A DNA stretch of 64,000 nt from an uncultured Clostridium sp. Lineage in GTDB: Bacteria; Bacillota; Clostridia; TANB77; CAG-508. The notes under the pieces are model-generated. The model searched no databases, was not told where the DNA came from, and worked only from the letters and a program-made list of their open reading frames with translations. Both the position numbers and the translations under genes were made by a program. Numbering within the stretch: the first letter of the stretch is position 1; each line of letters starts with the position of its first letter. Shown here one piece after another: positions 50,288 through 58,866 of this stretch. The stretch is taken from assembly GCA_947646915.1 (NCBI GenBank), contig CANSII010000004.1, forward strand, positions 3,214-67,213, read 5' to 3'.

Positions 50288-50578
50288 TTAATTTTTATTT
50301 TGATAATTTTTTAATTCTTTACAAAAATTTTCGAAGTATTTTTGTACACAACTAGAAAGCTCTATGTAAATCTTACCTTCTTCTGGAAATGTATGTATTG
50401 CCAAATGACTTTCTGCCAAAAGCCATAAACCTGTATATCCCTGTTTTGTAAAATAATGTTCTACCTTATCTATAATCGTAAAACCACTTGTAATTAATAT
50501 ATTTTCTAAATCCATTATTAGCTTTTCTTCTTTTTGATATTCTATCCATGTGTTATAATTATACATTATTGCTTTCAT
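50288..50578 (-). CDS. S-adenosylmethionine decarboxylase-family proenzyme (SpeH-like)
   Basis: 96 aa from ATG 50578 (RBS AAGGAAA). LLAESHLAIHTFPEEG matches the self-processing E-S site and HT(F/W)PE motif of small AdoMetDCs. Confidence 0.7.
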   Translation of the reverse strand: MKAIMYNYNTWIEYQKEEKLIMDLENILITSGFTIIDKVEHYFTKQGYTGLWLLAESHLAIHTFPEEGKIYIELSSCVQKYFENFCKELKNYQNKN

Positions 50579-50594
50579 TATATTTTCCTTTCTT

Positions 50595-52115
50595 TTACCA
50601 CTTTTGTATTTCTTCATTATAATAAGTAATCAAGCTTGGTTTAAACATATTATTTTCTTCTATTTTATCTAATTCTATTCTTTCATCATTACCAAAAACA
50701 AACATGGAATTTATGTTCTCATAATTTAAATATTGTGTATCTACTGTTAAATTTCTTCTTTCATTATCACCATTAAATGCCAAATTGAATCCCCAATCTC
50801 CAAATGTTGGTACTTGTAAATGATAAGGAATTACAGTATTAAACTGACTACCTATAGTTTTATTAATACACCAAAAAGATTTTTTTGCATAATATGGACT
50901 TGTAGATTGTGTAACTATAACACCATTCTCATTTAAGTTTGCTTTTATATAACTGTAAAAAACATTTGTATATAATTTGTTCAAACTTTCATTGTTTGGG
51001 TCTGGAAAATCTATGATTATAACATCAAATTTTTCCTTGTTTTCTTTAACATATATATATCCATCTTCATTTATTACTGTAACCTTTTCATTATTTAAAG
51101 AATTTTTATTTAGTTTAGATATTTGCTTATCACTAGTACATAAATCTGTCATTTCTTTATCTATATCCACTAATATTATTTGTTGTACATCATTATATTT
51201 CAAAATTTCTCTTACAGCTAGTCCATCACCACCACCAAGAACTAAAACCCTATTATGATTTTCTGCATACATCATAGGAATATGAACTAAAGCCTCATGA
51301 TACCTATATTCATCACTAGAACTAAACTGTAAGTTACCATCTAAAAATAACCTCACATCATCTTTGTGTTTAGTCATTACTATTTTTTGGTAGGTAGTTT
51401 GCTTTGATAAAATCACATCATCTCTATATAGTCCATCTTCTATTCTATTAGTAATTAGTTTACCAGTACATAAAAATGACATTATTATTACCAGTAATAT
51501 AATAGAAAATATACGGACTAATTTATAATTTACTATAAATTCTTTATATTTTAGTACTATAATAAATGCTACTCCTATGTTTATTGCTCCTACTAAAAAT
51601 GATGTAGTGATAAATCCTAGTTTTGGAAATAGCAATATAGGAAATAATATTGAGCCAATTAGACCTCCTATATAATCAAATGTAAAAATATTGGCAAGAT
51701 TTTTTCTAACATTGCTTTCATTGCTTTCTATGATTCTTGTTAATATTGGTATTTCTAATCCTACAAATATTCCTATTAATATAATTAATATATACATTAT
51801 CAAAACATATATATCTGTATATATATTTACTAAAAATAAAATTAAACTTGAAAAACCACCAAGTATTCCAACACTCATTTCTATTAAAATAAACTTGTTA
51901 AACAAATTGTCTTTTATGTATTTAGATATATATGAACCTATTCCCATTGCACTCATATATAGTCCTATTGTAATAGAAAATTGTAATACACTATCTCCTT
52001 GTAAATATGAACTAATACTGCTTATAATTAACTCATATATTATAGAGCATATTGAAATTAGCAGTATTGTTACCAATAATAATCTACCATCAAATTTTAC
52101 TTTTTTATTTTCCAT
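50595..52115 (-). CDS. membrane-bound spermidine-synthase-like aminopropyltransferase
   Basis: ~506 aa. About 7 N-terminal TM segments, then VLVLGGGDGLAVRE and IIIDFPDP motifs of the spermidine synthase fold. Start ATG 52115 overlaps the upstream DUF350 stop. Confidence 0.8.
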   Translation of the reverse strand: MENKKVKFDGRLLLVTILLISICSIIYELIISSISSYLQGDSVLQFSITIGLYMSAMGIGSYISKYIKDNLFNKFILIEMSVGILGGFSSLILFLVNIYTDIYVLIMYILIILIGIFVGLEIPILTRIIESNESNVRKNLANIFTFDYIGGLIGSILFPILLFPKLGFITTSFLVGAINIGVAFIIVLKYKEFIVNYKLVRIFSIILLVIIMSFLCTGKLITNRIEDGLYRDDVILSKQTTYQKIVMTKHKDDVRLFLDGNLQFSSSDEYRYHEALVHIPMMYAENHNRVLVLGGGDGLAVREILKYNDVQQIILVDIDKEMTDLCTSDKQISKLNKNSLNNEKVTVINEDGYIYVKENKEKFDVIIIDFPDPNNESLNKLYTNVFYSYIKANLNENGVIVTQSTSPYYAKKSFWCINKTIGSQFNTVIPYHLQVPTFGDWGFNLAFNGDNERRNLTVDTQYLNYENINSMFVFGNDERIELDKIEENNMFKPSLITYYNEEIQKW

Positions 52116-52116
52116 A

Positions 52117-52326
52117 TTATAATACACCACTCATTATAATAGCTATAGCAATAAACATTCCACCAAGCATAATTCCCACAGCTTTATTATGATTATCTAC
52201 TTCTTCAGTAAGTTTAAAATCTTTTCTAAAAAAAATTTCGATTATTTTATATCCAATTAAGCAAAATATAACACCTATTGCAACATAAATAATAGTTTCT
52301 AATAATTTAAACCATATTGTTTCCAT
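52117..52326 (-). CDS. DUF350-family small membrane protein
   Basis: 69 aa, 2 TM, with a conserved N.A.G segment (NHNKAVGIMLGG). Confidence 0.7.
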   Translation of the reverse strand: METIWFKLLETIIYVAIGVIFCLIGYKIIEIFFRKDFKLTEEVDNHNKAVGIMLGGMFIAIAIIMSGVL

Positions 52327-52354
52327 TTTTCCTTATCCTTTCAAAATAATATTA

Positions 52355-52561
52355 CTACATAATTACAGTTCTAATAATAATAGCTACTGATATAAATATA
52401 CCTGCTATCATAAAGCCAGAAGCAACATTTTTTTCTTTTAATTCTTTGTTGAAATCATAGGGTACTGCTAAATCAAATAAAAACATACTAACTAGCATTA
52501 AAATTAGTCCTAATCCTCCATATAATATTGTTTCTAATATTTCTGTCCACAATTTTTCCAT
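52355..52561 (-). CDS. DUF350-family small membrane protein (paralog)
   Basis: 68 aa, 2 TM, NVASGFMIAG. Paralog of 52117..52326. Confidence 0.7.
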   Translation of the reverse strand: MEKLWTEILETILYGGLGLILMLVSMFLFDLAVPYDFNKELKEKNVASGFMIAGIFISVAIIIRTVIM

Positions 52562-52579
52562 AGTTTTTCTCTCCTTCTT

Positions 52580-53623
52580 TTATTTTCCAAAACTAGTACC
52601 ACCACCACTTGTAGTTCTACTATTTATACTTTGTTGTCTTGCTGAATTGCTATAAGTTGTATATGTTGTACTTTTTCTTGAGCTACTATAAGTATTATGA
52701 TAATAATAATGATGACTTCTATGATATGTTGAGGCACCTGTATTATTTGCATATTCCTTTTCTGATACTTGAACATATACAACTCCATTTTCTAAATATA
52801 TGTAAGCAAATTCTTTTTTTGTATGTAACCCAATTCCGTCTTCATCTGTATTTGGGTCTGAATCTATTGTATCAGTTATTTCTTTTGGAACCCCATCTAT
52901 AATATTTTTTACAGTCTGATCTATAGTTGAATATGGAGATTTATACACTTTTGCCTTTTTTTTATTAACATTGTTTGTAACTGAAGTAACATATGTATAG
53001 TTTGTTTGTTTTTCAATATATTTTTGCATTGATTTGTTCGCAAATAAATCTGAAATTATTAGAAAGAACACTCCAAAAATTATTGGTATAGATATTATTG
53101 CATATATAATAATACTTGTAATTTTATTATTTTTTGATTTTTTTTTATCTTCTTCTATTTTTTGAAAGTCTATTTGGTTGGTAATTTTAATTTTAGAATT
53201 ATCAATATATTCACCTTGACTTTTTTCAGTTTCATTACCACACTTTTCTATTGAAATTAAATAAGTTTTATCTTTTGTAATGTAATCAATATAATCACAT
53301 TTTTCAAGTAGGTCTACATCAGCATTACCAAAATAATCTTTCACAATGGCTGTACCTTTTTCATATAATTCATATTCTTTACTATTTGTAAAAAAAGTAA
53401 GTTCATCTGTATTTATACTTCCATAATAAGGTGTATAGATTGAATATTCTATTTTACCAAAATCACCTTCTTCTACACATAGCCATTTATGCTGATTTGA
53501 TTCGTTTTTAATTTCATATTCTTGCCAAACCCATGTATCTTCTTTATATTCTATCATATTAATAACTACATATTTTACATTATTAATGTAAATAACTTGC
53601 CACTTCTTTAATTGTTCTATCAT
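52580..53623 (-). CDS. DUF4178-like protein with central TM and S/T/Y/H-rich C-terminal tail
   Basis: 347 aa. The N-terminal 150 aa are paralogous to 53731..54171 (shared YELYEKGTA.V.DYFGNADV...YIDY...LSIEKCGNETE). TM IIYAISIPIIFGVFFLIISDLF. Tail ...YHRSHHYYYHNTYSSSRKSTTYTTYSNS. Confidence 0.5.
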   Translation of the reverse strand: MIEQLKKWQVIYINNVKYVVINMIEYKEDTWVWQEYEIKNESNQHKWLCVEEGDFGKIEYSIYTPYYGSINTDELTFFTNSKEYELYEKGTAIVKDYFGNADVDLLEKCDYIDYITKDKTYLISIEKCGNETEKSQGEYIDNSKIKITNQIDFQKIEEDKKKSKNNKITSIIIYAIISIPIIFGVFFLIISDLFANKSMQKYIEKQTNYTYVTSVTNNVNKKKAKVYKSPYSTIDQTVKNIIDGVPKEITDTIDSDPNTDEDGIGLHTKKEFAYIYLENGVVYVQVSEKEYANNTGASTYHRSHHYYYHNTYSSSRKSTTYTTYSNSARQQSINSRTTSGGGTSFGK

Positions 53624-53730
53624 ATTTAATTATATTCCTTCCATAATACACAAATCTAGCTACAAAAAAATTGAAATTTAATAACCCCTAATTCCAATTA
53701 TTTTTCAATATTTCCCATTTATAACCTATA

Positions 53731-54171
53731 CTAATACCTTATATCTGATAGGCTGATTTGCTTTCCTAGACTTACTTCTGTTTCATCTTTCCATTTTTCT
53801 ATTGATAAAAAAATTTTTTCATCACTTTTATTTATGTATTCATAGTAAATTACCTCTTCATTTAATCCTACATCTGTCATTCCATAATATGTCTCAACTT
53901 TTCCAGTACCTTTTTCATATATTTCATATTCATCTTCCCTAAATCTAATATTCATTTTTAATTCAATTACTGTATTTGGTAAAATTTCGTATAATATTGC
54001 TTTAGAGGATACCTCAATATTTAAATAAAACATTTTATTGTCTTCTAAACGTCTTATTTTATATTCAATCCAATAGGAAGATTTTTCTCTAAATTTTGTC
54101 ATATTCAAAACTTCATATTTTGCTTTTTCTATTAATATTTCTTGTCTATCTTTTAATTCTAATAAGCTCAT
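53731..54171 (-). CDS. DUF4178-like protein
   Basis: 146 aa. YEIYEKGTGKVETYYGMTDVGL...YYEYI...LSIEKWKDETEVSLG. Family assignment is from memory of the DUF4178 pattern and is tentative. Confidence 0.5.
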   Translation of the reverse strand: MSLLELKDRQEILIEKAKYEVLNMTKFREKSSYWIEYKIRRLEDNKMFYLNIEVSSKAILYEILPNTVIELKMNIRFREDEYEIYEKGTGKVETYYGMTDVGLNEEVIYYEYINKSDEKIFLSIEKWKDETEVSLGKQISLSDIRY

Positions 54172-54351
54172 TTTCTTTCCTTTCGTATTCTATCAATATT
54201 AAATTTTTCTAAAATCTGAAAAAAACACTAATGTTTCATCAGGATACTTAGCAAATTTATATGCCATTTCTCTATCATTCTCCTCTTCGTTTTTCATATT
54301 ACGACTATTATATCACAATTTCCATAATTTTGCCACATTATTTTAACTTAT

Positions 54352-54472
54352 TTAAGTTTCGGTTTTTTATTTTCCAAACTTTATTATAGAAAAAAGATAT
54401 ATATTATAAAGCGAGTTTGATAGTGAATCGTTATTCACTTTAAGTCATCATAGTGTATCTCTATTTTTTTAT
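54352..54472 (+). repeat. Intergenic core-hairpin repeat, copy 14 (O-type left arm plus 5' two-thirds of core)
   Basis: TTAAGTTTCGGTTTTTTATTTTCCAAACTTTATTATAGAAAAAAGATATATATTATAAAGCGAGTTTGATAGTGAATCGTTATTCACTTTAAGTCATCATAGTGTATCTCT. Confidence 0.8.
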
Positions 54473-54607
54473 TTTCAGCTTCTTATTTATTACAATATAT
54501 AACAAAATTTTCATAAAAAATTCGACAAAAATACAACTATCTATATTACCTTGAAACACTATTAGTATGAATATTTTTACCAGTTGGATAATTTTCTGAA
54601 ATTTCTA

Positions 54608-54636
54608 TTGACATTGCAAATTTTTTGGATTATATT
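54608..54636 (+). promoter_or_regulatory. candidate sigma-A promoter for the agrA/agrC-like operon
   Basis: TTGACA (54608..54613), a 17-nt spacer, then TATATT (54631..54636), ~88 nt upstream of the start codon. Confidence 0.45.
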
Positions 54637-54723
54637 GTATATAAAACTGGAAAATAAAGGAAGTTTATTTTTTTTTGTCGAACTTTGTTTTTTTATAAAA
54701 ATTTATACAAGGTAGGATTATAT

Positions 54724-55419
54724 ATGTTAAATTTTGTTATTTGTGATGATAATTTAAATATTTTAGATAAATTTTCAAAAATGCTAGAAAGTATTTTTAT
54801 TAAAAATAATTTTGAAGGTAAAATTGGACTTGCTACAAATGATATAACACAGCTGTTAGATTATGTCGATGATAATAATACTGATGTACTTATTTTAGAT
54901 ATTAATTTAAAATCTGACAAAACTGGCTTAGAAATAGCTTCTTTTGTAAGAGAAAGAAATAAAAATGTTTATATTATTTTTACTACAGCTCATCTAGAAT
55001 ATGCAATGATGGCTTACAAATTTAAAACTTTTGATTATATTGCAAAACCTGTTACTTCAGACAGATTAGAAGAAACTATTATTCGTTTGTTTGAGGATGT
55101 TAACGGTGTTCCAAAAAAGTATATTAAAATTGATAATAATAAAACTATTATTGATTCTAGTGAAATTCTTTTTATTAAAAGAGATGGTATGAAACTAATT
55201 TTTCATACAAAAAGTCGTGATTATGAAACTTATAGTTCTTTTAATAAAATTCAAGGATTACTACCTTCTAATTTTGTTAGAACACATAAATCATTTATTG
55301 TTAATATTTTAAATGTTGTAAATGTTGATACAAGTGCTAATGTTGTTTCATTTTGTGATGGTACTACTTGCTTTATTGGACCTAAATTTAAAGATTATTT
55401 ATTGGAGGTTTTAAAATGA
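54724..55419 (+). CDS. agrA: LytTR-family response regulator (AgrA-like)
   Basis: 231 aa from ATG 54724. Receiver domain (ICDDN...VLILDINL) plus a C-terminal LytTR domain (FVRTHKSFIVNI). The stop overlaps the kinase start (ATGA). Confidence 0.88.
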   Translation: MLNFVICDDNLNILDKFSKMLESIFIKNNFEGKIGLATNDITQLLDYVDDNNTDVLILDINLKSDKTGLEIASFVRERNKNVYIIFTTAHLEYAMMAYKFKTFDYIAKPVTSDRLEETIIRLFEDVNGVPKKYIKIDNNKTIIDSSEILFIKRDGMKLIFHTKSRDYETYSSFNKIQGLLPSNFVRTHKSFIVNILNVVNVDTSANVVSFCDGTTCFIGPKFKDYLLEVLK

Positions 55420-56768
55420 TTGATTTTTTAAATGTTATTTGGAATGTACTTAGTACACCTAATGCAGATTTGATTAATTTCTTATCTATACCTGTATTAC
55501 TATTAATAGAAATGCCACTTTCATTTTTTATTTTGATAACTTTATTTAAAATATCATATACTAAAAAACAATGTTTTATATTTATAGGAATATCCTCATT
55601 TGTAGCAATTATTGGTAATTTATTTGTTCCTTCGCCTTTTAATATTATACTTAACTATTTATCTTTATTTATACTAATTAAACTTTTATTTAAAATTAAT
55701 TTTATAAAAACTTGTATTGCATCTCTATTACCAAGTATAATATTTGGATTAATTGGAAGTCTACTTTTCAATCCTTATTTAATTTTGCTAAATATTACTT
55801 TTGAAGAAGCAACTACAATTCCTATATTCAGAATACCTTTTTATTTTGTAATGTATTCTATAATTTTTATATTTATACTAATTTTAAAATATAAAAACAT
55901 TGCAATTAATATATTAGACACATTTGACAAGAAAAATAAAGCAATTATTACACTAAACTTTATCTTTGGATTCTTTAATATAATTGTCCAAGGTTTACTA
56001 ACAGTAAATTATATTGATATTTTACCAATAAATTTTACATTTTTTAATTTTATATGTATGTTAATTTATTTTGGAATAAGTTTTTTCAGTTTAGCCAAAG
56101 TTATAAATTTAGTTACTACAACACAAAAACTTGAAAGTGCAGAAGAATATAATAAAACTTTACACATTTTGCATGATAATGTTAGAGGTTTTAAACATGA
56201 TTTTGATAATATTGTTACAACAATTGGTGGCTATGTAAAAACAAATGATATGAAAGGTTTAGAAAGTTATTATTCTCAATTAGAAGAGGACTGTCAAAAA
56301 GTAAACAATTTATACTTATTAAATCCTGATGTTATTAATAATCATGGGATATATAATTTACTTACATCAAAATATAATAAAGCTGATGAACAAGGGATAA
56401 AAGTTAATTTAACATTTTTGTTAGATTTAGAAGATTTAAATATGAAAATTTATGAATTTGCTAGAATTTTAGGAATACTTTTAGATAATGCTATCGAAGC
56501 ATCTGCTGAATGTGAAGAAAAAATTATAAATATCACTTTTAGAAATGAAGCAAAAAATAATAGAAATTTAATTATTATTGAAAATACATATAAAGATAAA
56601 GAAATTAATATAGATAATATTTTTAATAAAGGTATATCTTCTAAAGAAAATCATACAGGATTAGGATTATGGGAAGTTACACAAATCTTAAAGAAAAATA
56701 ATAATGTTAATTTACATAGTGATAAAAATGATAAATTTTTCATACAACAATTAGAAATTTATTATTAG
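55416..56768 (+). CDS. agrC: AgrC-like GHKL sensor histidine kinase
   Basis: 450 aa. About 6-7 N-terminal TM segments, H-box region RGFKHDFDN, N-box LLDNAIEAS, G-box HTGLGLW. Confidence 0.85.
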   Translation: MIDFLNVIWNVLSTPNADLINFLSIPVLLLIEMPLSFFILITLFKISYTKKQCFIFIGISSFVAIIGNLFVPSPFNIILNYLSLFILIKLLFKINFIKTCIASLLPSIIFGLIGSLLFNPYLILLNITFEEATTIPIFRIPFYFVMYSIIFIFILILKYKNIAINILDTFDKKNKAIITLNFIFGFFNIIVQGLLTVNYIDILPINFTFFNFICMLIYFGISFFSLAKVINLVTTTQKLESAEEYNKTLHILHDNVRGFKHDFDNIVTTIGGYVKTNDMKGLESYYSQLEEDCQKVNNLYLLNPDVINNHGIYNLLTSKYNKADEQGIKVNLTFLLDLEDLNMKIYEFARILGILLDNAIEASAECEEKIINITFRNEAKNNRNLIIIENTYKDKEINIDNIFNKGISSKENHTGLGLWEVTQILKKNNNVNLHSDKNDKFFIQQLEIYY

Positions 56769-56789
56769 AGTGTTTATACACTCTTTTAT
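56767..56789 (+). terminator. Rho-independent terminator after agrC-like gene
   Basis: AGAGTG-TTTATA-CACTCT followed by TTTTAT. Overlaps the stop codon. Confidence 0.65.
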
Positions 56790-56854
56790 ATTGCATATAA
56801 ATCCTATTTAATTAAATATTTATGTATTTAGAACTTTTTTATAATTTTAAAATA

Positions 56855-56880
56855 GAGAGTGCCTCTTTTGAGACACTCTC
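56855..56880 (-). terminator. hairpin terminator downstream of agrD
   Basis: GAGAGTGCCTC-TTTT-GAGACACTCTC (11-bp stem with one mismatch), ~90 nt past the agrD stop on the minus strand. Confidence 0.55.
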
Positions 56881-56970
56881 AGCAATTGGATTGTTTATAA
56901 TAACATTAAAGTATATTATATTTAAGTAAAAGCATTGTCGAACTACTTCTACTTAAAATTAAAAACTAAA

Positions 56971-57090
56971 TTAATCTTTTTTTACTAAACTAGCTGGCAT
57001 TTTTGGTTGATGCATAACAAACCAAGCATAACAAGCTGTGTTAGTAGATTTTGCATATTTTTCTGCTATTTTTGCTAAAAATTTTAACAT
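56971..57090 (-). CDS. agrD: AgrD autoinducing-peptide precursor (39 aa, not in ORF track)
   Basis: Manual translation: MLKFLAKIAEKYAKSTNTACYAWFVMHQPKMPASLVKKD. RBS AAGGAGG 7 nt upstream. Amphipathic leader, a single Cys followed by 4 hydrophobic residues, then an HQP.MP tail. Immediately downstream of agrB. Confidence 0.8.
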   Translation of the reverse strand: MLKFLAKIAEKYAKSTNTACYAWFVMHQPKMPASLVKKD

Positions 57091-57158
57091 AAGGTTTCCT
57101 CCTTAAATTTTTATGTAATACAAAAATATTACCGGTTTATATTTTTGTATTAATCAAA

Positions 57159-57776
57159 TTAATTTGAAGTAACTTCATATACTTCATAACCATACTTGTT
57201 GTTAGTAATTCTATAAGCTAATTTCGTAATCATACATGTTTGTATAAAATAACCAAATATTAAAATATTTGCTATTACTGCATTATTTATAATTAATGCA
57301 ATAATTAATCCTATTGTAAAGCAAACATATGATAATATTTGTTTTTGCTTTCTAACTTTTTTGCTTAAAATTGGGACATCCTCTGTATCTGCTGGTGCAT
57401 ATAATTTAATCATGACTATTCCAAATATCCCTAATGCTAAAATTAAGAAATACTTCATCATATCATCTAATATTATAATTTTAGATAAATATGCTGTTCC
57501 ACAATAAAATGCACTTGTTGATACTATACATCCTATATGTGTTTTTAGATGTAATCCTCCAGAAAATGTTCTATATGGTAAAAGTATTAAAAATGTTAAT
57601 AAACTTAACTTAAATACTCCTAATAAATATGCTATAAATAACATTATAAATATTTTTGGTATTTCACCTATTAGTATTTGTAAGCCATAGTCTATTATTT
57701 CCGCTCTTTCATCATCAATTTCTGGCATCTTTTTTCTAATTTTATTGGTTAGAGACTGACTGATTTTATCTATCAT
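57159..57776 (-). CDS. agrB: accessory gene regulator B (AgrB, AIP-processing membrane peptidase)
   Basis: ~205 aa, multi-TM. Conserved YRTFSGGLHLKTH motif. An alternative GTG start lies at 57788. Confidence 0.88.
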   Translation of the reverse strand: MIDKISQSLTNKIRKKMPEIDDERAEIIDYGLQILIGEIPKIFIMLFIAYLLGVFKLSLLTFLILLPYRTFSGGLHLKTHIGCIVSTSAFYCGTAYLSKIIILDDMMKYFLILALGIFGIVMIKLYAPADTEDVPILSKKVRKQKQILSYVCFTIGLIIALIINNAVIANILIFGYFIQTCMITKLAYRITNNKYGYEVYEVTSN

Positions 57777-57967
57777 TTTCTCACCCACTTTTTCTTAACT
57801 TGTTCATAGTTTATCATGGATTTCTTTAAAATTTATTTTTGTTTTACGAATACACTGTTTTCTTTTATAAAAATTTACTTTTTTAATTTTATAAATGATT
57901 TTGTCACTTTCATAAAATATTTTAGAAGTTTCATATAAGTTTTATTTCTACACATAAAATACTAAAA

Positions 57968-58090
57968 ATTCAAAGTATAGAAACACATTATAATAGGTTC
58001 AATGGAATTACGACATATTATCAAACTCACTTTGAAATATATATCTTTTTTCTATATTCAAATTTATACAATAAAAAAATCGAAACTTAA
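57968..58090 (-). repeat. Intergenic core-hairpin repeat, copy 15 (O-type arm plus degenerate core, inverted relative to copy 16)
   Basis: Its reverse complement reads TTAAGTTTCGATTTTTTTATTGTATAAATTTGAATATAGAAAAAAGATATATATTTCAAAGTGAGTTTGATAAT...TATTATAATGTGTTTCTATACTTTGAATTT. Same subfamily as 62431..62643. Confidence 0.75.
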
Positions 58091-58218
58091 ATAAAATAAG
58101 GATTTTCTTTTTTCATTATTTATGATATAGTAACTATACATAATAGAGCATGAAGTAACAAAATAAATACATTTTAAGATTTATTAATAAAAAGTTTTTA
58201 TAAAAAGGAAAGTTATAT

Positions 58219-58785
58219 ATGAATAAAAGTAATGAACCAATAAAAAAGTTAAATATTATAGATATCTTTGAGAAAGCAAATAAATTATTTTTGCAGGAAC
58301 AAAAAGGATTAATACTTTCAAAAGTATCTGAAAGAAGTTGGTATACTCCATTTGCAATGTATTTAAAAGAGGAGATGAGAAGAAACAATATTATTGGATA
58401 CATAATTGATACTGAATACAATAGAAATGGTGGAAAGATAAAAACTATATTGGATGATGAGCAAAATTTTACAGTTTCTAAAATAACTTGTGATATAATA
58501 GTGCATAGTAGAGGGAAAAACCTAAAACAGGATAATTTAATATGTATTGAAATTAAAAAATCAACTGCAAAGGAAGATAAAAAAATATCTGATAAAAAAA
58601 GAGTACGAATTTTAACAAAAGATTCATTTGATGATACATGGTCTTATGATGGGAAGGAGCTTCCAAAACATGTATGTAGATACAAATTAGGTGTTTATTA
58701 TGAAATTAATATAAAAGAACAAGTTGTACATATTGAATATTACGAAAAAGGCAAAAAGACTAAAGAGTATAATATAAAATTTTAA
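58219..58785 (+). CDS. hypothetical protein with PD-(D/E)xK-like motif
   Basis: 188 aa, RBS AAAGGAAAG. CDIIVHSRG...LICIEIKKS resembles a D...E.K nuclease core (compare RCDICVY...FIIECKK in the 1246-aa enzyme). Convergent with the MmeI-like gene. Confidence 0.45.
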   Translation: MNKSNEPIKKLNIIDIFEKANKLFLQEQKGLILSKVSERSWYTPFAMYLKEEMRRNNIIGYIIDTEYNRNGGKIKTILDDEQNFTVSKITCDIIVHSRGKNLKQDNLICIEIKKSTAKEDKKISDKKRVRILTKDSFDDTWSYDGKELPKHVCRYKLGVYYEINIKEQVVHIEYYEKGKKTKEYNIKF

Positions 58786-58866
58786 AAAATTACTGAAACT
58801 GTTAAAATTTTACTTTTAACAGTCTCATTATGTACTTGATAATTTTTCCATTATTTAATTTCTTTA

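Noticed and set aside
54521-56942. Three TTGTCGAA words near the agr genes (54521..54528 reverse, 54675..54682, 56935..56942), considered as candidate LytTR boxes.
   Set aside because: The expected chance count in the window is about two. The word also overlaps the reverse complement of the repeat-core GAGTTCGAC. Spacing does not match paired 9-bp LytTR direct repeats.
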